In this document: positions 12,726 through 32,044 of the stretch, in pieces
How positions within the stretch are numbered: position 1 is the first letter of the stretch
How the letters are laid out: each line of letters opens with the position of its first letter
Made by a program: the position numbers and the translations under genes
The notes under the pieces: model-generated
Told to the model about the DNA's origin: nothing
The model's input: the letters and a program-made list of their open reading frames with translations, nothing else
Database searches by the model: none
Source of the DNA: Macrostomum lignano
Lineage: Eukaryota
Reading direction: 5' to 3'
DNA length: 64,000 nucleotides
NCBI GenBank assembly: GCA_002269645.1
Contig: NIVC01000965.1
Location: 43,952-107,951 of the forward strand

Positions 12726-15700
12726 GTTATTATTATTATTATTGCTGCGATGAGAAGAATGGGGGGGGGCAGATATTGCTGTTGCAATATGAAGAATGGG
12801 GCGGATTTTGCTGTTGCAATGAGAAGAATAGGGGCGGATTTTGCTGTTGCAATAGGAAAAATGAGGGGGGGGGCGGATTTTGCAATGACTGCGGTCCGGT
12901 TGGCATTCAGAGCAACGTGCTGCTGTCACCCACCCCCACAGGTGCTGGTGTTCGAGATCGGCAACGGAGTCCAGACATCTGTGGTGGATCTGCTGGCGGT
13001 GCCGAAGCGCCTGATGTTCACCAGAGACGGCTCGCGCGCTTTCATCATGTGCGAAGGCGAGCAGAAGGTGGTCATTCTCTACATGGACGCCAAAGGCGCT
13101 ATCGAGATGTCCTTCAAAATCATGTTCGATAATTCGCTTGGAGACGACCGGCTGCAGGACATGCGCGTGTCGCAGGCGGAGCAGCTGCTGTTGGTTCGCG
13201 CCGAGAAGAACGTGCTGGTGTACGAGTTCGGCCGGGACGCCATTGTGGCGCACATCCGTCGTCCTCCGGAAATTCCGGCCGAATTCAAAATGCCCAACGC
13301 CAATTACGAGCGGATCAACTTTAGCGAGGCGGATTTCGCATTCGGCGACCGGGTGGTGATTACCAGCATCTTCCGCGACGTGCTGGTCTGGGAGGTCGAG
13401 CAGGGCCGGCCGCTGGTGATGCTGCACGCGCCAACGGGGATTCTGACGCGCCTGCTGGTTGACCAGACGCGCAGCCTGGTTGTCGGCTTCATTGAGCACT
13501 CGCGCGAGATCCACCTGTGGAGCCTGCAGGGCGCCTTCACCGACGGCACCGCGGTCGACTCGCTCACTGCGCCAATTCGCGCCGTCCGATCTGCTCGTCG
13601 GCGTCCGCGCGCCGTCGCCTGCTGCGACAACAGCGATGAGATGGGCGTTGTTGATTTGGACACCGGCTACCTCACCGACTTGTACAGCCACGAGGGCGTT
13701 GTGGTGGACTGCGCCATATCCTCCTGCGGCGACTACGCCGTGGCATCCGTGGTGCAGCGCAACCCGAACACCACCAACATCGTCTGGTCGCTGTCCGAGC
13801 GTCGAATTCTTGCCGAATTCGGCAACGTGCCCGGCCACCTGCTGCCCTGCCGGCACTCTAGTGACGTGTACATTGTTGACCAGGCCGAGGTGGCCTTCAA
13901 GCAGCCGTTCGGCATCACACGACTGGCTCTGGGTGACGGCGCCGTCCGTCCGGAGGCGTGCGGCGAGTCGGCGAGCATCCCGCACCTGCTGGGCCGGCCG
14001 TTCCTGACTGGCAACGACAGGCTGATCGTCTGCCTGACAGCCAGGGACTTGGACTGCGCCCGGGCCTATTATATTGAGCCGTGCCTGTTCACCTGGAACA
14101 CTGGGACGGGCCAGACGAGGCTGATTGGGCCCAGCATGCTGTCCGCCTTCGGCCTGGTGCGCCGCATTCTGGCTGTGCAGCCTTGTCTGGCCGGCAGCGA
14201 CGAGGGTGGCAGCGACGTTGTCGTGGTGTACACGGAGGAGGAGGAGGCCCTGGACAGTGTTCGGTGAGAGTCCTGCGGTGAAGGATGCTTATAGAAGCCT
14301 GACTGACTCACACCCATGAGGTCCAGCCTCTAAGGCACAGAGGCCGCTGTACAGTGTACACCTGTGTGAGCGAGTGCATGAGTGCGTGCCTGCGTACAGT
14401 ATGGCGCGCCTGTGTGTGCTCAGGAGTCAGCGGAATGGGCAGAATTTCCACAGCGCCGTTGTGCATGGTTGTCTAAAACTCAACCTTCCTGGGAATGTTC
14501 ATCTCTTGGTTTACAATAGTGTGTGAATATAAGGGCATGAAGAATGTTCATAGATCGCGAATATTGTTTGTATACCCTCCTAAATCAGCCCCGTTCGTTC
14601 TCCTTGTCAATTTGTTCCCATCTGGCATGCATGACTGCGGCAAATTGAACTGCAATATCTATATATCCTGTTTTTACCAGTTAACCTCGGCTAAGAAACC
14701 TTAATCCGATCATAATGAGTTTCTCCTAGGCCAACTGAGCCTTTTCCAGCTGTAATTTTCTAGCATTAATTGGACCGGACAGAACTGTCTGCGTCAATTT
14801 CTAGGGGGTCGCCGTCTCTAGATCTAGCGCAGGGTTGGACGTTCGGCTAAGATGCGTTCTGGTTAAACAAGTATTCTCTGTGACTTCCCTGTGGTTATTC
14901 TAGTCACAAGAAGGTAATAAATATACGCGATGCGTCACGTGACTTTCTAACGGTTAATGTTCCTAAGGACTGTACCTTACGCGTCACGTGGTTTATATCT
15001 CGTGATATATATGGATAGATGGTTTTTCATCTCTGCTGCCTGACCTTGAAGCCTTACAGGATGGTTCAGCGTCAATCCTTCATTAACTCTGCAGGTCGCC
15101 CGACCAGCGCCGTTTCACCCAGAGCGTCATGATCATTGACGTCGAGACGTTGACTCTACGCTGCCTGGCGCCGAATCTTCTGCCGGCCGGCACCGACCCG
15201 GACCGGCTGAGCTTCTCCCGCTCCGGCGAGTACTGCGTCGACGCCGACAATTACCTGTACTCGGTGGCCGCCGGACTGCCGCTGCGCCGCGCCGCTCCGG
15301 CCGGCTTCCAGTTCCGCTGCTTCGCCCTAGCCGACTCGCTGATGCTGTTCAGCCGTGGCCGCCGCGTGCGCGCCTACCGCGTGCCCGAGTGCGCCCCGGC
15401 TGGCGAGCTGGACGCGCATCACGAAGTTCGCGCGGTCGAAGCGCGCAGCGACGGCTCAGTGCTGGTGGCCTGCCAGTCCGGCAACATCTTCGCCTACAGG
15501 CTGGTCGACTCGCCGTCCGAGCGGGCCGCCCTGGAGGCCGTGCAGGCGATCCGATCGCGCGAGCTGCTCGACCCGAAGCGGACTCGATCTTGGGACCGCC
15601 TGATCGGCTCCTCGCCAGCGACCAGTGACGGTGGCGGCGGCGACGGCGGCGGCGACTATTCAAGACCGGCGTCGAAGGCGGCAGCTGCGAACCGGAAGCG

Positions 15701-15818
15701 CGGTATCGGCGATTCGGCCGACTTCGGCAGCGGTCAAGGAGCCGAGGAGTATCGGCGCAGCAAGTCGGAGACGGACGCGGTGGAGCTGAACCGGGCTCGA
15801 TCCTGCAGCGTTATGTGA
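1255..15818 (+). CDS. NACHT- and WD40-repeat protein (NWD1/NWD2/QUI-1-like), 5'-partial, 7 exons
   Basis: Exons 1255-1624, 3601-3683, 4288-4920, 6568-8334, 12008-12283, 12942-14263, 15095-15818. All introns are GT-AG with matching phases; total 5175 nt = 1724 aa plus stop. NWD-type motifs: LLGQKFG..LP, WYRRDEN, RIAVSHAFAYVSLSGGGLTDIEVKDLLSLDDAVL, RKFRQLPRHL, LFSYDWLYYK, followed by beta-propeller-like repeats. The N-terminus lies upstream of the window. Confidence 0.85.
2015..2195. repeat. Degenerate AAAGACACT(CT) array
   Basis: Direct inspection. Confidence 0.75.
2890..3240. repeat. Degenerate TAGATCTAGAGACTGTCAGT array
   Basis: Direct inspection. Confidence 0.7.
3601..3683 (+). CDS. NWD-like small exon (not in ORF track)
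   Basis: ctttccccag|AA CTT...GAC AGA|gtgagt; the 83 nt bridge phase 1 to phase 0 exactly as the neighbouring exons require. Confidence 0.6.
3865..4258. repeat. 16-bp minisatellite CCCTCACCCCACTCAA (left arm of inverted pair 1)
   Basis: About 24 units. Confidence 0.96.
4288..4920 (+). CDS. NWD-like exon containing the NACHT P-loop (GGQNTGKM)
   Basis: tgttag|CAC ACT TTG...ATT GAG|gtgagg; 633 nt, phase 0/0. Confidence 0.8.
4966..5362. repeat. 16-bp minisatellite TTGAGTGGGGTGAGGG (right arm of inverted pair 1)
   Basis: Exact reverse complement of the 3865-4258 unit. Confidence 0.96.
6568..8334 (+). CDS. NWD-like exon (rest of NACHT, winged helix, helical region)
   Basis: ccgacag|ATT CAG...CTC AAG|gtgaga; overlaps ORF 6619..8367. 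Confidence 0.9.
8495..10600. repeat. 21-bp minisatellite AAAACAATGGAATCTGAGAGT, about 100 units
   Basis: Intronic; source of the spurious 690-790 aa ORFs. Confidence 0.98.
10960..11900. repeat. Composite AAATCCC-based repeat with a CCAAACCATCATACCGATGCC module
   Basis: Direct inspection. Confidence 0.9.
12008..12283 (+). CDS. NWD-like exon (WD40 region)
   Basis: ctcag|GTT CAC...GAG CAG|gtacgg. Confidence 0.85.
12331..12745 (+). mobile_element. tRNA-derived SINE (family A, copy 1) with CORE-like centre and (ATT)n tail
   Basis: A box TAGCCTAGTGG 12398-12408; B box GTTCGATTCCC 12443-12453; GTGTCCTTGAGCAGGACACTT...CTGTAAAATGGG resembles the CORE domain; (ATT)n tail; second copy at 35934-36302; inserted into a short GGGCGGATTTTGCTGTTGCAAT array. 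Confidence 0.85.
12942..14263 (+). CDS. NWD-like exon (WD40 region)
   Basis: ccccacag|GTG CTG...GTT CG|gtgaga. Confidence 0.88.
14332..14440 (+). repeat. Dispersed hairpin element B, copy 1 (intronic)
   Basis: AAGGCACAG...GGCCGCTGTACA...TGTGTGAGCG.GTGCATGAGTGCGTGCC...GGCGCGC.TGTGTGTGCTCAGGAGTC shared with copies 2-4. Confidence 0.75.
15095..15818 (+). CDS. NWD-like terminal exon ending in CaaX (CSVM*)
   Basis: ctctgcag|G TCG CCC...TGC AGC GTT ATG TGA. Confidence 0.85.
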
Positions 15819-15945
15819 CTGGCGTGACTGCTCTCACATTGTCACTTTCGTCTCTCTTGCACTGAGAGCTATTTGATACTCAAATTAGACATTCAATGTT
15901 AAAGCCCTGCATGCTTGGGTGACAAACTCTTCCTATATAGATTAC

Positions 15946-16218
15946 ATCACGTGACTCGCCTAGCTGAACTGATCACGTGACTCGCCTAGCTGTACTGGTC
16001 ACGTGACTAACCTAGCTGAACTGGTCACGTGACTCGCCTAGCTGAACTGGTCACGTGACTCGCCTAGCTGAACTGGTCACGTGACTCGCCTAGCTGAACA
16101 GGTCACGTGACTTGCCTAGCTGAACTGGTCACGTGACTCGCCTAGCTGAACTGGTCACGTGACTCGCCTAGCTGAACTGGTCACGTGACTCGCCTAGCTG
16201 AACTGACCACGTGACTCG
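15946..16218. repeat. 26-bp minisatellite carrying the GTCACGTGAC palindrome (about 11 CACGTG)
   Basis: Unit GTCACGTGACTCGCCTAGCTGAACTG. Confidence 0.95.
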
Positions 16219-17089
16219 TGTGAGAATTCAATTATTATCAGTACCAAACCTCTAATTTGGTTTGCTTGTTAGAGAGGTTTTCTCTTCGATCGTAAAGCTA
16301 TTTATATTATTTAAAATAACTAATTAAGTGTTTTTGGCGCACATAAACTCCTTACTCCTTCATAAAACTGATAAGATCAATAAAAAGTTTTATTATTGGT
16401 TTTTTATTGTCGCGACAATTATCAAAGCTTTTTTAGCTATTTTATTTCACGCAGACCTACCTGATAAGCTGCTAGCTAAAGTACCGACTCGAGTTCGGAT
16501 TCCCGTGCGCGGCTAAATTGGTCTGGAACAAGAAAATATTAATGTAAAAATCAACTTTTTTGTACAATGCGACTTGTCGAGTACATGTAGTTCCTATCTG
16601 ACAATAGATATTGCCGCCAAAAATGAAACACATCAGTGTTTTATAAAATATCTGGACGAAATTACAAAATTGCGTGGACTGTTGCCCTCAGTAGCGCTAA
16701 ATAACTCAACGGATAGGGAAAGTTGATGCAGATAAAAATGTCATTAGTTTTTTTCTCCTATCGCTGTCAGTTTCGGATTATTGCCGGCTTGCGAAGAAGG
16801 CAATAAAAAATATGAGCTTAGCATCGAACAGCAAAGATTATAGCGTCTGTGAGACTCATTCCGCATTGACAATGCACTGTTTTTCCTATTCGATATTGCC
16901 TTCTAATTTGTTTCTTAGTTATGCTAGCTTGGATCAATGTGGAACTCTTTGAATACTAGTTTTTTCCGCTTGCTATGAAAGTGAAAGTGATACAGATCAC
17001 TTTCGGTATGTGTGCGTATTGATCTATGCGAACCTTTATCGATGTCTACAGAATACCAATGTAGCTCGTTGATTAGTCCATGTCAATAG

Positions 17090-17730
17090 ATGTCATTATC
17101 AATGCCTATGGATATGTGTAAATCACTATCAATGCCTATAGATCAATGTGAATCACTATCAATGTCTATGGATCAATGTGAATCACTATCTATGCCTATA
17201 GATCAATGTGAGTCACTATCAGTGTCTGTAGATCAATTTGAATCACTATCAATGTCTGTATATCAATGTGAATCACTATCAATGTCTATAGATCAATGTG
17301 AACCATTATCAATGTCTGTAGATCAATGTGAATCATTATCAATGCCTATAGATCAATGTGAATCATTATCAATGCCTATAGATCAATGTGAATCACTATC
17401 AATGCCTATAGATCAATGTGAATCATTATTAATGCCTGTAGATCAATGTGAATCATTATTAATGCCTGTAGATCAATGTGAATCATTATCAATGCCTATA
17501 GATCAATGTGAACCATTATCAATGTCTGTAGATCAATGTGAATCATTATCAATGCCTATAGATCAATGTGAATCATTATCAATGCCTATAGATCAATGTG
17601 AATCACTATCAATGTCTGTAGATCAATGTAAATCACTATCAATCCCTATAGATCAATGTGAATCATTATTAATGCCTGTAGATCAATGTGAATCACTACC
17701 AATGTGTATAGATCAATGTGAATCACTACC
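17090..17730. repeat. 30-bp minisatellite GATCAATGTGAATCATTATCAATGCCTATA
   Basis: About 21 units just upstream of the GPCR. Confidence 0.95.
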
Positions 17731-17995
17731 ACGGTCTTCCATCGGTTTCACTTCTACTTAGCTTCGGCTCAGATTTCTATTCTGTAGACAGTTTATCAAG
17801 GGTTTGATTGGCTGGTCGCTTCGGCTGTGGAGAGAACGTTTTCGACCAATCGGGAGTCATTTAGAGGGACTCGGCCCGGTTGTTAAAAACTGTTGACGCT
17901 GCAGTTTCGGCAACGCTTCCCTCTAGTAAACTAATATATCAACTAACTTTTGAACTGATCAAACTGAATATAGACAGAGCTGAACAACTAGCATC

Positions 17996-26109
<8,114 letters not shown>

Positions 26110-27229
26110 CGACAATTTTTCGATTTCGAAGTTTTGAAGTTTTATTTTCAAACGGAAAAGCAATGTTAAAAAGAGAAGAAAAAAGGGAACATACTGCAAC
26201 CCTTTGGTGAAGAAAATGGCCTTCAAATTTTGATTGGCTGGTGATTTTAACAGTCTCTAGTTTTAGTAGTTCGAAATCGTAACGATTTTACGCCTTTAGA
26301 AAGCATGGATTGTAAACTACTTATTCTAAGTAGTGAAACTCCCCGTACTCTACTTTCTTAGGAAACAAGGTGTTGTTTAGGGTCAGGGGAACGCGGGTTT
26401 ATAACACAGTTGAGTCAGTACTGAGTCCGTACTACTATTGACTACTGACTACTAGTCTTTACTTGTACTTCTGTAGTTGCTTTTTTAACGATTATAAAAA
26501 ATCGATATAATTATTATAAAATTGGTTACAAATTCCTAGAGTTACGATATTTTATTGTAAATTTGTAAATTTTTGTTTTACTATTTTTCGTTGACAATTA
26601 TAAGGAGGATTGGTCATTGAGTTTCTTCGAAACTGTTTTGAAGGCTTAATTTTAATTGACAATGAAAATGCAATTAATAGGGGAAATAAATGCCAACTTT
26701 AGTTACTTAAAGTACACGGCCTCATTTGAGCCTGATAAAAGATAAAAGAAGACAAAAAACGGGGAAGTTTTTGGACTCATAAAAACCGAGTAGCCTTCAA
26801 TAAATGCTTTTTCCTAGAAATGAAGTGTCTCACTTATCTACGCACTTCTTTTTAGACTTTGTACTAATCTCTATTGAAAGTTGTGAAGATTTCTACACTC
26901 AAAATCGTTCAATGTTGTTATTTTTCACTACTATTTATAATTTTCTAAGTTTTTAAGCGCATTGTAATAACTAATATTAAAATTTCAAATATTGCATATT
27001 TTGTTATATTTTTCTCCGAGTTTTAATATTTACGCGCTACAACTAGCCTGGTCTTGCTTTGATTAATTCACTATTTTGATCTGCACTGCTTTGTATGTAA
27101 ATATTTATGTACTTTCCGTATATTACTATTGCTGCAGTGCATCTCCAGCCGCAAAGTTTAATAAGCTTTCATGAAGTCGATTGTATGCTGGAAATCTCGA
27201 ACAAAATTAAAGGAATTTCCATATTAAAT

Positions 27230-27575
27230 TTGAAGAGAATTCAAGGAAATCTCAAGGAAATTTAGGAAATTTCGAGGAAATCCAAGGGAATTCCAAGGAT
27301 ATCTATTGGAATTACAAGGAAATCCATGGAAATTCCAAGGAAATCCAAGGGAATTCCAGTGAAATCCAAGGGAGTTCCAAGGGAATTCCAAGGGAATCCA
27401 AGAGAATTCCAAGGAAATCGAAGAGAATTCCAAGGGAATCCAAGGGAATTTCAAGGAAATCCAAGAAAATTCAATGGAATTCTGAGGAAATCCAAGAAAA
27501 TCCGAGGGAATTCCAAGGAAATCCAAGGGAATTCCAAGGAAATCTAAGGGAGTTCCAAGGAAATCTATAGAAATT
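27230..27575. repeat. GAAATCCAAGG/GAATTCCAAGG array
   Basis: A similar, more degenerate array lies at 31345-31660. Confidence 0.88.
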
Positions 27576-28499
27576 TCATGGAAACCCGAGTTATCTTCGT
27601 AAAATATCTTAATTTTTTAGGATATTCTCCAAAAATTTAATCGAAGTTACAAAACAACTTGAAGAATGAATTGAAAATTTAGATGGTCTAAAAAACTAAG
27701 ATTGAACATCCCACAAAACTCATGGACAAGTTTAACAGTTTGAGTCCATCCAACAAAAGTTTTTGCGCCATTTTCTATTGTCATTTTTAATGTAAAATAA
27801 TTTTCAAAACAAGTGATACATACTTCTTATGTTGTTTTTTTGCAACCCAAGGCCGTTGGTAACCCAATAGGCTTGTTGCAAACTTCGACTGCATTAGCTA
27901 TACATGACTGTACTAAACTGTCATTTATCCCTCTGTGTCTGTCTGTTGAGAACAATAAAATATGCCCTATTGTCCACCCCATCTCTCTCTCCCGCAGACT
28001 TTCCTAAGCGGCAAAAGTCACATGACTGCAAATACTCACTGCTCTCTCTATATATTCGAGCTAAATGTTTAAAAAGTCCAGTCAGTCTAACTCCTTTGTT
28101 TTACACCCTCCAACTGCCTCATAGTGTCACTTCAGCGCTGCACCTATTCATCAACTACTATGGCTTGACAGACAAATACACTATTATATATATATTATAT
28201 ACTCCGAAGTAGATTGCTAAACTAAGGCTTGCTAGCAATTGTAGCTTCTTTACAGCTCTTTGAGCTGTGGCTGGCTGATTAATTGTATTGACTCTGCAGC
28301 GTCGCTTAGCCGCGCCTAATTAAATAATAATGGATGATCTGGATCTAGAGCAGGCCATGGCGGGACCTTCAATGGCAATGAGAGAGGTGGAAAAGTAGAA
28401 AAGGGTAAATAGGAAGTTTAGAGTAGAAGCAGAGAGGCGGATTAGAGGTAGAGAGTAGAGTAGAGATTGGAGATAAGAAGTAGAGAGTAGATTTGTATC

Positions 28500-29310
28500 C
28501 CCTGTGAGTGTGAGATGTCTCAACTGTGAGTGTGAGATGTCCTATCTGTAGGTGTGAGATGTCCTATCTGTGGGTGTGAGATGTCTCAACTGTGGGTGCG
28601 AGATGTCTCATCTGGGAGTGTGAGATGTCCTATCTGTGGGTGTGAGATGTCTCAACTGTGGGTGTGAGATGTCTCATCTGGGAGTGTGAGATGTCCTATC
28701 TGTGGGTGTGAGATGTCTCAACTGTGGGTGTGAGATGTCTCAACTGTGGGTGTGAGATGTCTCAACTGTGGGTGTGAGATGTCTCAACTGTGGGTGTGAG
28801 ATGTCTCATCTGTGGGTGTGGGGTGTCTCAACTGTGGGTGTGAGATGTCTCAACTGTGGGTGTGAGATGTCTCAACTGTGGGTGTGAGATGTCTCATCTG
28901 TGGGTGTGAGATGTCTCAACTGTGGGTGTGAGATGTCTCATCTGTGGGTGTGGGGTGTCTCAACTGTGGGTGTGAGATGTCTCAACTGTGGGTGTGAGAT
29001 GTCTCAACTGTGGGTGTGAGATGTCTCAACTGTGGGTGTGAGATGTCTCAACTGTGGGTGTGAGATGTCTCATCTGTGGGTGTGGGGTGTCTCAACTGTG
29101 GGTGTGAGATGTCTCAACTGTGGGTGTGAGATGTCTCAACTGTGGGTGTGAGATGTCTCAACTGTGGGTGTGAGATGTCTCAATTGTGGTTGTGAGATGT
29201 CTTAACTGTAGGGTGTGAGATGTCTCAACTGTGGGTGTGAGATGTCTCAACTGTGGGTGTGAGATGTCTCATCTGTGGGTGTGAGATGTCTCAACTGTAG
29301 GTGTGAGAAG
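28500..29310. repeat. 22-bp minisatellite TGTGGGTGTGAGATGTCTCAAC (arm of inverted pair 2)
   Basis: About 36 units. Confidence 0.96.
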
Positions 29311-31344
29311 TCTCATCTGTGAGAATAATCTCACTGATAGAGATTGGAGTTAAAGAGCAGATGCAAGGAGTAAATAATGAGTACAGAGTGCAGAGGGAGA
29401 TTTGAGAGCTGCTAGGCAGAGAAGAGACTAAGAATAGAGAGATATGACAATGATATACGAGGTACATGTACATGTAAGGATAACTGATTCAAAAGAACGA
29501 AGAGTTTAGTGGAGAGTAAAGAAGACATTAAACTAATTAATTATTGATACGATTTCTTGTTTTTGCACATTTTCAACCCATTAGCCGATCAACTTTAAAC
29601 AGGTGCATTTTAAGGAGATTCTAAACTATAAAATTGCCCTAAATACAAGTTATTTAACTTTATCGACTAGCTAATATTCATTAGAGAGAGAGAGAGAGAG
29701 AGAGAGAATGACGTCAATGGGAGACTGCAGCATCTAGCTCGCATAGTAGCACTGTTAGCGATTGTTGCTGTAAAATGCGTGGGATCTCCCTGAGAAGGCC
29801 TCGTATCTGATAACATGGAATCCGAGTGCCAAATCTTCCTGAAATCCGCTATATTCGGACAACTTTAGGCTTTACGCTGTAGGCCTACAGTTGTATGCAT
29901 AAGAATGAAGGCTCTTAGATCTCCTTGAGAATCGCCTCAATCAAGTTTCCGTAAAACAGGGACAGCCCCAACTCCCACTGGGCTGCACGTAAATTTAATT
30001 AAAAAAATAGTGAAGCACAGCCTGAGAAAGTCAGCCAAGTTAAATAAAGCACTAATCAGGAGCTTTAGACAGTTTGATAAGCTGAGAATCTGCAATTCAG
30101 AGTTCTGCCAATTAATGTATTTCCTTTACACCGCAGCCAGCGCCAACAAATAAATCATTCCTGTTAATAATTAATAGCCAAACAAGCAGACAGATCTCAT
30201 AATGAACAACATGATAGAGTATGACATAAATAATGCAATAATCATATTATATATGTATATATTTATATGCAGAAACATGATTGTGTTTTCAAAACGCACA
30301 AAGATTAAATTTCGATACACAGGACTATGATCAGTAGTATCTGTAAGACATAAAAGCAGTCACACTGACGGTGAACTCGCTTCTTGCATTCCATTAGAAT
30401 TTTGTTTAACTGGCTGGGTGCAATACAGAGAGCGACTAGTAAAATACAACTGGCAACGAGACTAGGGACAATAAAGACAGGCTTGGCCATAGACTAAGCT
30501 AGGCTTGTTGTCTCTCACTCAGAAGTTTTCGTGCTGTCTATGGCCCAACCAGTCTGCATTTGTTCTATACAGGCTTTCAAGTTAGAATGCACGTTTTATA
30601 ACTTGACATGAAAAACTGTACTTGATGAACCGGCAGGTTTATACACGTTTAGAATTTCCTAGACAGGCCAGATTATATTAAACAGACAACAAATAATTAA
30701 TAGCTTAATTAATCCAATTATACTACTAAGAGATACAGAAAACAAAAACCGCCATATTTTTTGCGTGTATAATAAAATAATTATATTAATAAAGCTTTAA
30801 AAAAGTAGAATGCCAAAAAATCACAATATAAATACTTATATCCACATGGTGTACTGAAAGCGATAAAAAACTAACGCAGAAGACAACACGTATTATGCCA
30901 AGCTTGAGTGCAAGTTAATAATATCGGATTAATAGCAATAATCGCCATTCAGTTATTGCGAATGCCAAATCTAGAATTTGTTGACTGAAGACGAATGCAT
31001 TATAATGCAAGCGAACAGAATAGCGGCCAATCTGACAATGCAACAATGAAATTAAGAAGTATCACAATAACAATATATCATACAACATATAGATAATCAA
31101 TAGTAGAAACAGTAAGTTTAAGGAATTATTCAAAGCAATTTAAGCCATTCGATGTAAAAAGCTGGCAGGGGAGAGAGAAAGTATAAAAATCGAATAACCC
31201 AATTTACATAGCCAAATATTTTTTCCTCACGCTTCCAATTGGAATTCACAGGACTAAAAGTTCGAATGGATCCAATCAATGGAATTGTATGAGAATCCGA
31301 GGAATTCAGCATTAATATTCATCAATATGGAGGTTCAAATTAGG

Positions 31345-31660
31345 TCAAGAAAAATCCAGGGAAAATCCGTGGAAAATCCCCAGAGATAACCCAGTGAAAA
31401 TCCGGTGAAATACGCGGGAAGTCCCATAGAGGAAATCCATGGGAAATAAGAGAAATATTTATGGGGAAAATCTGAGGAAATTCCATGAGAAAAAATCCGG
31501 GCAAATCAATTGGGGAAATCCGGCGGAATTTCCTTAGGGAAAATCCAGGGAAATACTTGGGGAAAGCCAAGGGAAATCCAAGAAAATCCGGGGAAATCCG
31601 AGGAAATCCGGGGGAATCCAGAGGGAATCCAGAAAGAATCCCGGGGGAATCCAAATTTAC
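31345..31660. repeat. Degenerate GGAAATCC array immediately 3' of the LRRK stop
   Basis: Direct inspection. Confidence 0.8.
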
Positions 31661-31679
31661 AGGAAAATTGGCGCTAAAG

Positions 31680-32044
31680 TCAGGCGGCAGACAGGATAAT
31701 GAGATGGGCCGGATAGCTGGCGGCAGAGTCCAACAGGTCTGAAGAACTGTCAGATTGAGAATCGCCAGTTGCCGAGGCGCCGGACACGAATGCGGACGAG
31801 CCGGCCGCAACCGAGGCGGCCGCAGCGGCAATGGGATCGGCGTAGCCGCACCCGATGGACAGCAGGCGGCCTGGCCCGGCCGAGCACAGATGCCGGACGT
31901 AGGGTTCGTCCGGCCGGTGCAGCCGGACACAGAGCTGGCCGGGCGAGCTGGTGGCCGGATTGTAGCTGGCCACGTGGCCAGAGGCGGCACCGAGCACGAG
32001 TTCGAGGCCAACGAAGGCCAAGGCGGTGATCTGGCAGTCGGTGG
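31680..32044 (-). CDS. LRRK: LRRK terminal exon
   Basis: gaacag|CC ACC GAC ([13 protein letters not shown])...[11 protein letters not shown]. Confidence 0.78.
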
